Assembly (NCBI GenBank): GCA_964556755.1
Contig: CAZKXI010000012.1
Coordinates: 11,683-75,682 of the forward strand
Reading direction: 5' to 3'
DNA length: 64,000 nt
From: an uncultured Eubacteriales bacterium
GTDB lineage: Bacteria; Acidobacteriota; Aminicenantia; Aminicenantales; UBA4085
The position numbers were made by a program, and so were the translations under genes. Under the pieces are notes generated by a model, which was given only the letters and a program-made list of their open reading frames with translations, had not been told where the DNA came from and ran no database searches. Below are positions 41,666 to 51,540 of the stretch, piece by piece. Position 1 is the first letter of the stretch. Each line of letters opens with the position of its first letter.

Positions 41666-42373
41666 TCAGGTCCTTTCGCTCCGGTTGATGACGGCCATGC
41701 GTCGCTCGGTCAGGGCGTCCCGCCGGGCATACACGCAGACCAAAGCGACCCGAAAGTCCGGAAGACCCGGCCGGGGGGCCAGGGCCGCATAGGCGGCCTC
41801 AGCCGTCTCCTCGGGGGTCGTTCCGTCCAGGCCGAGGTCCAGAGGCTCGCCGGAGAAGGCTTCCAGGGGCTCGCGGTTGTCTCCGGCGTAGGTCGCCAGC
41901 ATCGCTCCCCGGCCCGGCCGATCGGCGAGATCGAAGAAGGCCCGCGCCGGGTGGCCGTCGGGGCCGCGCTTGATGATGCTCAAGGCCGCCCGCCCCGAGG
42001 GGAGGATGCAGCCGGTGATGCGGGGCGTGTAGATCGGCGCATCCGGCTCGTAGGTCCAGGGCCCCAGTCCGGCGTCCAGACCGGCCACCGCGCTGGAGGC
42101 CGCCTCGGTGTCGATGTCCACCGTCTGACGGCCGTTGCTGGCGGCGATGCCGCGGCCGAAGATGATGGCGGGATAGACGAGGAGCTCGGGATGGCCTTTC
42201 TTGAGGACTTCGGGATCCGTGGGCTTGGTCCAGACCGCGTTGCCCTCCGGCTCCAGCTTGCGGGCTTGGCTGGACGGCGAGCGGCCCGTGATGGCGTAGA
42301 TCAGGACGTGATGGGTCCCGGCCGCGTCGCCGCCGATGACGAGCAGGCGTCCGGGATAGATCATGCGGGCCAT
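41666..42373 (-). CDS. purO: PurO-type (archaeal-type) IMP cyclohydrolase
   Basis: MARMIYPGRLLVIGG...AITGRS... resembles PurO. It sits immediately upstream of the AICARFT-only gene. The start Met is uncertain. Confidence 0.65.
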   Translation of the reverse strand: MARMIYPGRLLVIGGDAAGTHHVLIYAITGRSPSSQARKLEPEGNAVWTKPTDPEVLKKGHPELLVYPAIIFGRGIAASNGRQTVDIDTEAASSAVAGLDAGLGPWTYEPDAPIYTPRITGCILPSGRAALSIIKRGPDGHPARAFFDLADRPGRGAMLATYAGDNREPLEAFSGEPLDLGLDGTTPEETAEAAYAALAPRPGLPDFRVALVCVYARRDALTERRMAVINRSERT

Positions 42374-42491
42374 GGGTTCCCAAGGGGCGTTCATGTCGGC
42401 TCCTGGATCGGAATCGGACCCCTTCAATACCATACGGGAGGTTTGATGTCAAAGCCGCTTTGGGCTATGATTCCGGCTCCGCGAGGATCCC

Positions 42492-43262
42492 ATGAAGCGA
42501 CCGGAGCCGTCGGGCAAAGCCTACCAAAACCAGGAATTTCTCGCCTCTCCCGAAGCCCGCCCCCTGCGCATCCTGAGCGAGTATGTCGAGCCGACGTCCC
42601 GGCTCGACAGCTGGAAAGTCAACTCGACGATCCTCTTCCTCGGCTCGGCCCGCATCGATCCCGAGGACGGCCGCGCCCCCCTCGCCCGCTACTACCGCGA
42701 GGCCGAGGAGCTGGCCTTCCGGCTGGCCCGCTGGGCCATCCCCCTGCGCCCCAAGGGCAAGAACTTCGTCATCTGCACCGGGGCCGGGCCCGGCATCATG
42801 GAGGCGGCCAACCGCGGCGCCGTCCGGGCCGGGGGCAAGACCATCGGCATGAACATCTCCCTGCCGCACGAGCAGGTCCCCAACTCGTATGTCTCACCCG
42901 AGCTGGCGTTCGCCTTCCACTACTTCTTCATGCGCAAGTTCTTTCTGGTCTCGCGGGCCAAGGCCGTCATCGCCTTTCCCGGCGGCTACGGAACGCTGGA
43001 CGAGCTCTTCGAGACCCTGACCCTCATCCAGACCGGCAAGATCGATCGCCGGAGCGTGGTCGTCGTCCTCTACGGGGAGGACTACTGGTCCAAAGTGCTG
43101 AACTTCAAGGCGCTCGTCCGGGCCGGGACCATCGGGCCGGAGGACGTCGGCCTCTTCTCCGTCTTCTCGGATCCGGGGCGGGCCTTCGCCTTCCTCAAGC
43201 GGCGCTTGACCAAGATGTGCGGCTGCGAAGATGGGGACTGCGGCTGCAACGGATTCCGCTGA
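42492..43262 (+). CDS. LOG-family protein (TIGR00730; nucleotide 5'-monophosphate nucleosidase / lysine-decarboxylase-like) with Cys-rich C-terminal tail
   Basis: GAGPGIMEAANRGA and PGGYGTLDE motifs. C-terminus MCGCEDGDCGCNGFR. Confidence 0.8.
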   Translation: MKRPEPSGKAYQNQEFLASPEARPLRILSEYVEPTSRLDSWKVNSTILFLGSARIDPEDGRAPLARYYREAEELAFRLARWAIPLRPKGKNFVICTGAGPGIMEAANRGAVRAGGKTIGMNISLPHEQVPNSYVSPELAFAFHYFFMRKFFLVSRAKAVIAFPGGYGTLDELFETLTLIQTGKIDRRSVVVVLYGEDYWSKVLNFKALVRAGTIGPEDVGLFSVFSDPGRAFAFLKRRLTKMCGCEDGDCGCNGFR

Positions 43263-43286
43263 ACCCCCCGGGGCTTGGAGCCTTCC

Positions 43287-43688
43287 TCAGACGCTCCGGG
43301 CCGAGCCGCCCCGCCCCCGGCGCCGAAGGAGGGCCGCGAGACCGACCGCGGCCAGGACGCCGATGACGTCGGCCGCGGCGTCCGCGATGTCGGCGCTTCT
43401 CAGGGGAACGAAGATCTGATGGATCTCGTCCAGTCCGGCGCCCACCGCCCCGGCCAGAATGGCGGCCCGGGTCGCGGCTCTCGGCCGTCCGATCAGAAGG
43501 CGGCCGAAGCCCCAGAGAAGCAGGGCTCCAAAGCCGGCGAAGGTCAGGGCATGGATGAGCTTGTCGGAAAAGCGGAAGGAGACGACCGAAGGAAGCCGGC
43601 TCTGGGCGGAGAGGAGGAAGATGCCGGCGTAGTAGGCCGCCGCCGGAGCCAAGGCGAACCACCGCTTGGAAAGAGACGGGCGCCTCAT
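43287..43688 (-). CDS. VanZ-family membrane protein
   Basis: Four TM helices with the pattern typical of VanZ-like proteins. The start is uncertain. Confidence 0.5.
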   Translation of the reverse strand: MRRPSLSKRWFALAPAAAYYAGIFLLSAQSRLPSVVSFRFSDKLIHALTFAGFGALLLWGFGRLLIGRPRAATRAAILAGAVGAGLDEIHQIFVPLRSADIADAAADVIGVLAAVGLAALLRRRGRGGSARSV

Positions 43689-43855
43689 GCCGGGCATCAT
43701 ACCCCAAAGCGGGGCTTCGGCCCAGGCCCCGGTCCCGTCCGACAGGCGATCCTCCCTCACCCCTCGGGGGGAGCCGGGGCGGCCTCATATCAACGCCGGA
43801 ATCCCCCGCAGCGGGCATGGCCCCGCGAAGGCGGCGCTGTCAGAATGGATCCGCC

Positions 43856-44530
43856 ATGATCGGAAGCCCGATTCGACAAGCCGGGGCCCGCCTCGGCTCC
43901 TGCCTGATGCTGGCCTTCCTGGCGGCCCTCGGCGGGGCCTGCGCCCGGGCGGCTTCGCCTTCCCTCGCGCCGGCGCCCGACGGCGTCTTCGAGACCGGAG
44001 TCGCCTCCTGGTACGGCCCGGGATTCCAGGGGCGTCCGACATCGAGCCGGGAGATCTACGACATGGAGGCCATGACCGCGGCCCATCGCAGCCTGCCCTT
44101 CCAAACCCGGGTCCTGGTCACCAACCTGGAGAACGGCTTATCGGCCCGGGTCCGGATCAACGACCGCGGGCCGTTCGTCGACGACCGCATCATCGATCTC
44201 TCCCTGGCCGCGGCTCGCCGGCTCGACATCGTCGGCCCGGGCACGGCCCGGGTGAGCCTGAGAATCCTGGACAGCCCCGGGGCGCGGGGACCTTCGAGCT
44301 TCGCCGTCCAGGCCGGGGCCTATCTGATCCAGGACAACGCCGAAGCTTGCGCCGAGAGGCTGAGGAGCGCCTATCCCGGCCTCGAGATTCTCGGCCGCGA
44401 CGGCCCGGGCCGGGCCCTCTACCGCGTCCGCATCCCGGCCCGCGGGCGATCGGAAGCCGAGCGCATCGCGGCCGATCTGGAGGCCCGGGGACTCGCGGCC
44501 CTGGTCCTGGAGATCCCGCCTAGGCCTTGA
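43856..44530 (+). CDS. rlpA: Septal ring lytic transglycosylase RlpA-family protein with C-terminal SPOR domain
   Basis: DPBB domain (GVASWYGPGFQGRPTSS...TAAHRSLPF...RINDRGPF). A SPOR-like C-terminus follows. Confidence 0.8.
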   Translation: MIGSPIRQAGARLGSCLMLAFLAALGGACARAASPSLAPAPDGVFETGVASWYGPGFQGRPTSSREIYDMEAMTAAHRSLPFQTRVLVTNLENGLSARVRINDRGPFVDDRIIDLSLAAARRLDIVGPGTARVSLRILDSPGARGPSSFAVQAGAYLIQDNAEACAERLRSAYPGLEILGRDGPGRALYRVRIPARGRSEAERIAADLEARGLAALVLEIPPRP

Positions 44531-45575
44531 ACAGGTAGGCCGCGTCCCTCATCCCGTTGGAGGTCCCGTCGTGGACCGCGAACTGGGCCGGCCCGGTCAT
44601 CATGGCCGCTCCGAACTCGCCCTTCTTGTTGAGGGCGTAGTAGCTCATCCCGAAGTTGGGCTTGCCGTCGGGTCCGTGCAGCCGCGGGTGGAGGCGGGCC
44701 TTGTCGGCCACCCGCTCCATCTGCTTCAGGCAGGCCTGCTCCGGCGACATCCCCTGGCCCATGAGCTGGACGATGTGGAAGCTGCTGAGATTCAGGATGT
44801 TGACCTCGCCGAAGCCGGTCGAGCCGGCGGCGCCGATGGCGTTGTCGACGTAGAGGCCGGCCCCGATGATGGGCGAGTCCCCCACCCGGCCCGGCCGCTT
44901 CCAGGAGAGGCCGCTGGTCGTGGTCACGCCGCCCAGGTCCCCCTTGGCGTCGAGAGCCAGGCAGTTGATCGTGCCGTAGGTCGAGAGGGCTTCCCGGAGC
45001 CCGGCCGGGACGTCCTTGGCCGGCGGCTCGAACCAGGAATCCTTGTCGGACAGGCTATCCTTCCAGCGCAGCCAGGCCTGGCGGGACTTCTCGGTCAGGA
45101 GATCCTCCTTGACGAAGCCGTAGGCCAGGGCGAACTTCAAGGCCCCCTCCCCCACGATCAGGCAGTGGTTGGTCCGCTCCATGACCAGCTTGGCCACCTT
45201 GGACGGGTTCCGGATGAACTTGATCGCGGCCACCGCTCCGCTGGCGTGAGTCGGCCCGTGCATGACCGAGGCGTCCAGCTCGACTTCGCCTTCCTCGTTG
45301 GGCAGCCCGCCGTAGCCCACCGACATGTCGTTCGGATCATCCTCGACGATGTTGACGCCGGCGATGACGGCGTCCAGGGGATCGGCCCCGTCCCGCAGCA
45401 GCGCCATGGCCTTGTCCGTGGCCCGCAGGCCGTTGCCCGAGGCGACGGCCCGGAGTCCGGCCCCGCCGGGCGACGGAGGCGTCCCGGCCCGCAGAACGCC
45501 GGCCCCGGCCAGGGCGGCCGTGCCCAGCGCGGCCCCCGATTTGAGAAAGTCGCGTCGCGTCGTCCTCAGGCTCAT
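44520..45575 (-). CDS. Ntn-hydrolase glycosylasparaginase / isoaspartyl peptidase with Tat signal
   Basis: Tat motif TRRDFLKSGAALG and the autoprocessing-site region ...GTINCLALD. Confidence 0.8.
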   Translation of the reverse strand: MSLRTTRRDFLKSGAALGTAALAGAGVLRAGTPPSPGGAGLRAVASGNGLRATDKAMALLRDGADPLDAVIAGVNIVEDDPNDMSVGYGGLPNEEGEVELDASVMHGPTHASGAVAAIKFIRNPSKVAKLVMERTNHCLIVGEGALKFALAYGFVKEDLLTEKSRQAWLRWKDSLSDKDSWFEPPAKDVPAGLREALSTYGTINCLALDAKGDLGGVTTTSGLSWKRPGRVGDSPIIGAGLYVDNAIGAAGSTGFGEVNILNLSSFHIVQLMGQGMSPEQACLKQMERVADKARLHPRLHGPDGKPNFGMSYYALNKKGEFGAAMMTGPAQFAVHDGTSNGMRDAAYLFKA

Positions 45576-45664
45576 GCTCCGGCCTCCTTGTCCGCGATTC
45601 GAGCGGCTTTCTCAGCCGCCGGGAATCGTATATTATCCTCCCTCCGATGCGAGGTCAAAGAGGA

Positions 45665-46363
45665 ATGTCGGGCGGATTGAGGGCCGTCTTCGCCGAGGTG
45701 GCCCCTCGCTACGAGCGGGTCAACCGGATCCTGACGCTCGGCCTGGACAGGCGCTGGCGGCGGGCGGCGGCCCGAGCGGCGGCCGCCGCGGGAGGGCGGC
45801 GGTGGCTGGACGTCTGCAGCGGAACGGGCGACATGGCCCGCGAGCTGCTGCGCTTGGCGCCGCCGGGCGTCCGCCTGGCGGCGGTGGATTTCTCCCGCCC
45901 CATGCTGTCCCGGGCCGCGGCCCGCGACGAGCGGCGCCGCATCGCCTTCGCTCTCGGCGAGGCCCAAGCCTTGCCCTTCGCCGACGCCGCCTTCGACGTC
46001 TTGACGGTGTCCTTCGCCACCCGCAACCTCAACCTCTCGGGGCAAGCCCTGGAGTCGGCCTTCCGGGAGTTCCATCGGGTTCTGCGGCCGGGCGGGACGT
46101 TTGTGAACGTGGAGACGAGCCAGCCGCCGAACCCTCTCGTCCGGGCCGGCTTCCGGCTCTACGTCCGCCTCCTGGTGCGGCCGCTGGGGCGGCTGGTCTC
46201 GGGCCGGGCCGGCCGGGCCGGCTACGCCTATCTCGCGACGACCATCCCCCGCTTCCATGCCGCCGGGGACCTCGCTTCGATCCTGAGCCGGGCCGGCTTC
46301 CGCGAGGTCTCTTTCCGGCGTCTCCTGCTTGGAGCGGCGGCCATCCACGCCTCGGTCCGCTGA
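45665..46363 (+). CDS. ubiE: Class I SAM-dependent methyltransferase (UbiE/MenG-like)
   Basis: LDVCSGTGD motif I and the UbiE-family layout. Confidence 0.7.
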   Translation: MSGGLRAVFAEVAPRYERVNRILTLGLDRRWRRAAARAAAAAGGRRWLDVCSGTGDMARELLRLAPPGVRLAAVDFSRPMLSRAAARDERRRIAFALGEAQALPFADAAFDVLTVSFATRNLNLSGQALESAFREFHRVLRPGGTFVNVETSQPPNPLVRAGFRLYVRLLVRPLGRLVSGRAGRAGYAYLATTIPRFHAAGDLASILSRAGFREVSFRRLLLGAAAIHASVR

Positions 46364-46383
46364 GCCGCGGGCTCGGCTCCGTC

Positions 46384-47661
46384 CTACATGCTGATGCTGA
46401 TGCTCATGCCGCCGTCCCCGGATCCGAAGCGCGGATTGATGACGTTGCTGAAGATGGACCCGAAGCGGTAGCTGAAGCCGACCGAGAAGCTGTAGTCGTA
46501 GCCCGTGGCCAGCTGCTTGCGCTGCAGGAGCACCTCCTCGTAGGTGGCGCCGCCCTTGGCCAGGGCGACCTGGTCGTGGATGCGCGAGCCGCTCCCGCTG
46601 AGCTCCAGGTTGAAGCCCTTGAAGAGCCGGACTTCGAGGCTGGCCTCCAGCTCGATCCGGTACTTGCTCAGGTCGTGGAAGTAGTGCTGGCCGGTCAGGG
46701 AGGCTTCGACGTCGCCCCAGGGCTGCTTCAGCTCCAGGGTCGCGCCCAAGGACTGTCCCAGGAGCGTCTCGCGGAGCTTGTCGTAGATGGTCACCTCGTC
46801 GTAGCGGACGAAGGTCGGCCCGACGGTGTAGATGATCCTCAGCTGGCGCTTGGTCGATTCCGAATAAGGGTAGACGTCGTACTCCAAGGCCGGCCGGGGA
46901 ATGACGCTCCAGCGGGTGTTGTCAAATGTGCTGCGGGAGATCTTGAGGTAGAGGCCGGCCGACCAATGCTCTCCCAGCCCTTTGGCCAGCAGGCCGTTGA
47001 AGCCGGCGCTGTTGGATTCGCTGGCGTAGTCGTAGTCCTGGTAGTGATAGCGGTTCTTCGATCGCGAGAGGCTCGCGCCCAGCTGGATCTTCCAGTCCGG
47101 GGTGACGCGCTGGGCCGACAGCGACCCGAACAGGCTGTCCATGCTGTACGCTTCCTGGCCGTTGAGGAAGGCGTTGCCGGACAGGCTGAAGACCCAGAAA
47201 TGCCAGGGATCGACGACCGAGGTCGGCTTGACCTCGTCCAGAAGGCGGACGCCGATGCGCCCGGCGGCGGGCGATTTCGAGACGTAGCGGAGAAGTCCGA
47301 GCCGAAGGGTCTGCAGGATTCGGGCTTGGAAGGCGTCGGGCGGCTCGCCGGGATCGGGCCGCAGGGGGTACTCGGCCTGCTGGAGGCCCAGCTCGCCCAG
47401 CCCGGTGAAGCGCATCCGCTCGGGATCGACCGTGACCAGGACCTGGGCCTGGGCCCGGTCGGCCACGAACTGGACGTAGGGAACGTCCGCGGCCAGGGCG
47501 GCCGGGGCCCGGTCGAACCCTTCGACGAAGACGCGGAGCGGCCCGGAGTCGGCGGCGGGCTTGTCGCTGACCTGGGCCGGGAGCGGCAGCGCAAGGGCCA
47601 GCAGGACGGCTCCGAGGCAGGCCAAGGACCGGAATCCGGGGCGGGCGTGCGGGGTTCTCAT
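46384..47661 (-). CDS. Secreted/outer-membrane protein of unknown family (paralog 1)
   Basis: Signal peptide. Conserved blocks shared with the next gene (GEHWSAGL, QYFHDLSKY, EEVLLQR, FGSIxxNVxNPRFG). Confidence 0.6.
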   Translation of the reverse strand: MRTPHARPGFRSLACLGAVLLALALPLPAQVSDKPAADSGPLRVFVEGFDRAPAALAADVPYVQFVADRAQAQVLVTVDPERMRFTGLGELGLQQAEYPLRPDPGEPPDAFQARILQTLRLGLLRYVSKSPAAGRIGVRLLDEVKPTSVVDPWHFWVFSLSGNAFLNGQEAYSMDSLFGSLSAQRVTPDWKIQLGASLSRSKNRYHYQDYDYASESNSAGFNGLLAKGLGEHWSAGLYLKISRSTFDNTRWSVIPRPALEYDVYPYSESTKRQLRIIYTVGPTFVRYDEVTIYDKLRETLLGQSLGATLELKQPWGDVEASLTGQHYFHDLSKYRIELEASLEVRLFKGFNLELSGSGSRIHDQVALAKGGATYEEVLLQRKQLATGYDYSFSVGFSYRFGSIFSNVINPRFGSGDGGMSISISM

Positions 47662-47672
47662 GCCGGTTCTCC

Positions 47673-48965
47673 TCAGTTCATCTCGATGTGGACCCCGCCG
47701 CTGCTGCCGCCGCCAAAGCGCGGATTCACGACGTTGGTATAGATGGAGCCGAAGGTGAAGCTGACCCCGGCCATGACGAAGTAGCTGTAGCTGGACTCCA
47801 GCTGGCGGCGCTGCAGGAGGACCTCCTCCAGGCTGGCGGCGCCTCGAACGAGGCCGAGCTGGTTGTGGTAACGCCCGCCTCCCCCGGCCACGTACATGCT
47901 GAGCCCCTTGAGCAGATTCATGTTGATCATGCCGAACAAGTCCAGCTCGTACTTGGACAGGTCGTGGAAGTACTGCTCCCCGGACAGCGAGGCCGAGATG
48001 GAGCCCCATTTCTCCTTCAGGTCGAGGCTGACCGAGAGGCTGTGCTTCAGCAGGCTTTCCCGCGTCTTGAGGTAGATCGTCTCCTGCCGGTAGCGAACCC
48101 CCTCGAAGGCCAGCTTATACAGGAAGCGCAGCTGGCGGCGGGAGGATTGCGAGTAGGGAAAGGCGTTGAACTCCAGGGCCGGCGCCGGCTCGATCCTCAG
48201 TCGGGTGTTGTCGTAGCTGGAGGACTCCACGTCCAGGGCCAGGCCGGCCGACCAGTGCTCGCCCAGGGCGGCCACGTAGAGGCCGTTGAACTCGTAGCTC
48301 TCCTGGGTGCTGCGGCTGGAGACGCCCTCGTACTCGTAGCGGTCCGTGTCGAAATCGGCCGTCAGGCCGAGCCGCAGCTTGCTTTTCTCGGTCACCCGGT
48401 TGGCCGAGGCGTTGGCCTCCCAGTTGGACGAGCCATGGGCCTGCTCCCCGTTGAAGTAGCCGCCGGAGCTGAGGCTGAAGACCCAGGACTTCCAGCGGTC
48501 GACGGCGGGACCGGAAGCGGCCGGCGCGGCGTAGTCGACGGCCAAGCGGGCCGCGATCGGGGTCCGGGCGGCGTAGCCGGCCAGGCCGATCTTGAGGGCC
48601 TTGACCAAGCCCCGGCGGACCTCGTCGTCGGTATCCGTGGAGTTGGAGAAGTACCGGACCGTGTCGTCGAGGCCCTTGAAGTCGTTCTGGCCGAGGAAGG
48701 TCAGCAGGTACTCCCGGCCGCCGCTGCCCGTCGACTGGGTGGTGATCAGGATGTGGACCTGGGCTTCGGCCCGGTCGCGGACGTAGTTGACGAAGGTGAC
48801 TTCGGTCTTGATGTACTCGATGTCGCAGCTGCCGCAGTCGAGGTAGACGCGCGGGGCGGCCTTCTTGAGGGCTTCGATGTCGGGCGCCTGGGCCGCGGCG
48901 AAGGCGGCGGCCATCAGGATCGAGGCGGCGCACAGCGCCGCCTTGGCTCGGCTCCGTTCGGACAT
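47673..48965 (-). CDS. Secreted/outer-membrane protein of unknown family (paralog 2)
   Basis: Tandem paralog of 46384-47661. Signal peptide. Confidence 0.6.
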   Translation of the reverse strand: MSERSRAKAALCAASILMAAAFAAAQAPDIEALKKAAPRVYLDCGSCDIEYIKTEVTFVNYVRDRAEAQVHILITTQSTGSGGREYLLTFLGQNDFKGLDDTVRYFSNSTDTDDEVRRGLVKALKIGLAGYAARTPIAARLAVDYAAPAASGPAVDRWKSWVFSLSSGGYFNGEQAHGSSNWEANASANRVTEKSKLRLGLTADFDTDRYEYEGVSSRSTQESYEFNGLYVAALGEHWSAGLALDVESSSYDNTRLRIEPAPALEFNAFPYSQSSRRQLRFLYKLAFEGVRYRQETIYLKTRESLLKHSLSVSLDLKEKWGSISASLSGEQYFHDLSKYELDLFGMINMNLLKGLSMYVAGGGGRYHNQLGLVRGAASLEEVLLQRRQLESSYSYFVMAGVSFTFGSIYTNVVNPRFGGGSSGGVHIEMN

Positions 48966-49040
48966 GTTCGCTCCTTGGACCGGCGCCCGGACGGACTCCG
49001 GCCGGGCTTGCCTAGTAATACGCCGAGGAAGGCCAAAAGG

Positions 49041-51428
49041 TTACAGCGGCTCGAGAAGCTGGAAGTGGACCCGATGCCGGCCGGGGGGGACCTCCAGCTC
49101 GAAGTCCGAGCCGCGGAAGACCTCCCGCGGGGCCTCGTCGAAGAGGACTTGGTACTTGCCTTGCCGCAGGAAGCGGACGCGGACGTCCCTCTTGCGCAGG
49201 CTGGAGATCTCGAAGGAGACCTCGTTCTCGGAATAGAGGAACTGGCGCACGACGCAGCCGCCGTCGGCGCTGAAGACCTCCCGGTCATCCTCCAGCAGGC
49301 GCAGCCTCTTGCGGCCGGCCTCGACCTCGTAGAATCGGCCCTGGATCGCCAGGCGCGACAAGGTCTGCTTGGCTTCGGGCTGCAGGATCCCGAAGCGGAA
49401 TCCCTCCCAGGGGGTGAAGTCCAGGAACTCCTCCAGGCCGATCAGGGCGAACAGCGGACCCCAGCTCTGGTAGCGCTGGCCGGCCGCTTCGCCGGTCCGG
49501 GCGTCGAAGTTCTCCGGGCAGAGCTGGAAGCTCGTCCAGGTCCGGAGGAACAGGGCCGCGCTGCGGGCCGCGAACTCGGAGGCTTCGACGTCGAAGCCGT
49601 AGGCCTTCAGGCCCTGGTAGACGAGGTAGTTGGTCGGCGGCCAGATCGAGCCCCGCCAGTACTGCTGGTCCTTGAAGGCCGGGTCGTCGCGGGAGATGGT
49701 CGGCAGGACGGACTCGCCCCAGAACTGCTTCGGGTCGAGGAGGCGGCGGAGCATCAGCCGGGCCCGCCGCTCGTCGGGGATGCGGGCCAGAAGGGGGTAG
49801 AAGTTGGAGGCCGCCTTGCGGGTCGAGAAGCGGCCGTCCCAGTGGCGGTCGAAGTAGAAGCTCTCCCGCGGATTCCAGAGCTGGTCGTTGATCAGCTCGC
49901 GCAGCCTCTCGTACTCGGCCCGGTAGGCCTCGGCCTCGTCCTTGCGGCCCAGGATGTCGGCCAGCTGGCCGAGGCAGGCCGCGTCCAGGGCGTAGAGGCA
50001 GCTCAGGTCGAGACAGTTCATGGTCAAGGTCCCGGTCGCGGCGTCAAACGGCGCGTCGTCCCAGTTCGGCAGATCGTCCTGGCCCGACTCCCACTTGGCC
50101 CTCTGCTCTCCCGACGCGTCCTTCTCCCAAGGCGGGACGAGGGACTTGTCGGCCAGCAGGGCCGTGTCCGAGCCCCACTCCAGCAGGCCGTCGCCGTTGC
50201 CGTCCCGGCGCGGCCGGCCGTTGGGCCGGCGCGTCTTCCAGAAGGCGTGCCACCGGCGCAGCGCCGGATAGGCCGCCCGGATCAGGTCCATGTCCCCCAG
50301 CCGCTGGAAGAGCTTCAGGGTGCAGTAGGCCCCGACCGGCGGCTGGGACCGGTCGGCCGTCCCGCCGTACCGGCCCCGCCAGTTCGGGATGTTGCCGTTG
50401 GGGTACTGGGTCTCCAGGACGGCCCGCACGGCGTCGGCGGCCAGCTTGGGGCTCTCCACCGCCAGCTCCAAGGCGTTGAAGAACGAGTCCCAGGCGAAGA
50501 TCGTCCAGTGGTCGGGGCTGCCGTCGGGCCGGGGGAAGATCCAGCGGCGCCCGGCCGGCGTGTAGAGGCGGTGGGACCCGGGCTGATAGAGGATCATCCA
50601 GAACAGGTTGTTGACGATCGCGGCCGGCGCGCCTTCGAAGGGCCCGCCCTTGACGCGGACCCGCTTGCGGTCGTAGCGGCGGGCCTCCTCTTCCAGGACG
50701 CGGTCGATCGACTTGCGGCGACCGTAGGGCTCCAGCCGATCCCGGATGGACTCCGGCTCCTCGCCCACTCCGGCGGCGAAGCGGAGGACTCTCTCCCGCC
50801 CGGCGTCGAAGACCTGCTCGACCTGGTCCGCCTCGGCCGGCCGGCCGGCTTCGCCCGGCCGGTCCGTCCAAAGAAGGAAGCGCGACGGCTTGGCCGACCG
50901 GGCCTCGCCCTGGATCCATCCGTCCGGACGGACCCGGTAGGCGCCCTTGAAATCCCAGGGCCAGTAGGCCAGCAGCCGGACCCGGACCCCCTCGGGCGCG
51001 GTCAGGCGCCCGACGACGATGGCCTCGTCCTGGCGCGACCATTCCAGGGTCAGGGTCTCCCTCGCCGGGGCGGGCTTGATCAGGATGGGGGTATCCTTGC
51101 GGGCTTCGGCCGGAAGGACCGGCAGGCTGAGGTCGAAGCGGACCCGGGCGTACAGTCCGTCGGGCGAATGGGGGCCGACCTCGGAGACCATATAGAAGAG
51201 GTTGTCGCCGTCGATGACCTGGCCGTCCTTCTCGATCAGGAAGCGGAAGGCGAATCCGGCGTCCTTGGCCGGGATGAGGGTCAGCCCGCACCAGCCGCGC
51301 CCCTCCAAGCTTCCGATCCGGACGTCCTTCCAGGGATAGTAGGCCGGCTGCGGGCTCATGGCCAGGCCGGCCAGAAGCAGGGCGGCGGCGCATCCGCAGC
51401 CGATGCGCCAGCCTCGCGATGGAAACAT
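49041..51428 (-). CDS. (alpha/alpha)6-barrel glycoside hydrolase, GH63-like (MGH/YgjK-like), secreted
   Basis: About 795 aa. An N-terminal beta-sandwich is followed by an (alpha/alpha)6 region with the IFAWDSFFNALELA motif. Signal peptide. The family assignment is tentative. Confidence 0.6.
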   Translation of the reverse strand: MFPSRGWRIGCGCAAALLLAGLAMSPQPAYYPWKDVRIGSLEGRGWCGLTLIPAKDAGFAFRFLIEKDGQVIDGDNLFYMVSEVGPHSPDGLYARVRFDLSLPVLPAEARKDTPILIKPAPARETLTLEWSRQDEAIVVGRLTAPEGVRVRLLAYWPWDFKGAYRVRPDGWIQGEARSAKPSRFLLWTDRPGEAGRPAEADQVEQVFDAGRERVLRFAAGVGEEPESIRDRLEPYGRRKSIDRVLEEEARRYDRKRVRVKGGPFEGAPAAIVNNLFWMILYQPGSHRLYTPAGRRWIFPRPDGSPDHWTIFAWDSFFNALELAVESPKLAADAVRAVLETQYPNGNIPNWRGRYGGTADRSQPPVGAYCTLKLFQRLGDMDLIRAAYPALRRWHAFWKTRRPNGRPRRDGNGDGLLEWGSDTALLADKSLVPPWEKDASGEQRAKWESGQDDLPNWDDAPFDAATGTLTMNCLDLSCLYALDAACLGQLADILGRKDEAEAYRAEYERLRELINDQLWNPRESFYFDRHWDGRFSTRKAASNFYPLLARIPDERRARLMLRRLLDPKQFWGESVLPTISRDDPAFKDQQYWRGSIWPPTNYLVYQGLKAYGFDVEASEFAARSAALFLRTWTSFQLCPENFDARTGEAAGQRYQSWGPLFALIGLEEFLDFTPWEGFRFGILQPEAKQTLSRLAIQGRFYEVEAGRKRLRLLEDDREVFSADGGCVVRQFLYSENEVSFEISSLRKRDVRVRFLRQGKYQVLFDEAPREVFRGSDFELEVPPGRHRVHFQLLEPL

Positions 51429-51540
51429 GGTCTGGGGGTAATGTAGGGGAAAAGAGGCCAAAAGTAAATCCGGCCCGCGCTCCCCCGGCGTTTCCCGGAG
51501 GCCGCGGTTGTGATAGATTGAAGGCCGGCGAGGAGGCGGC

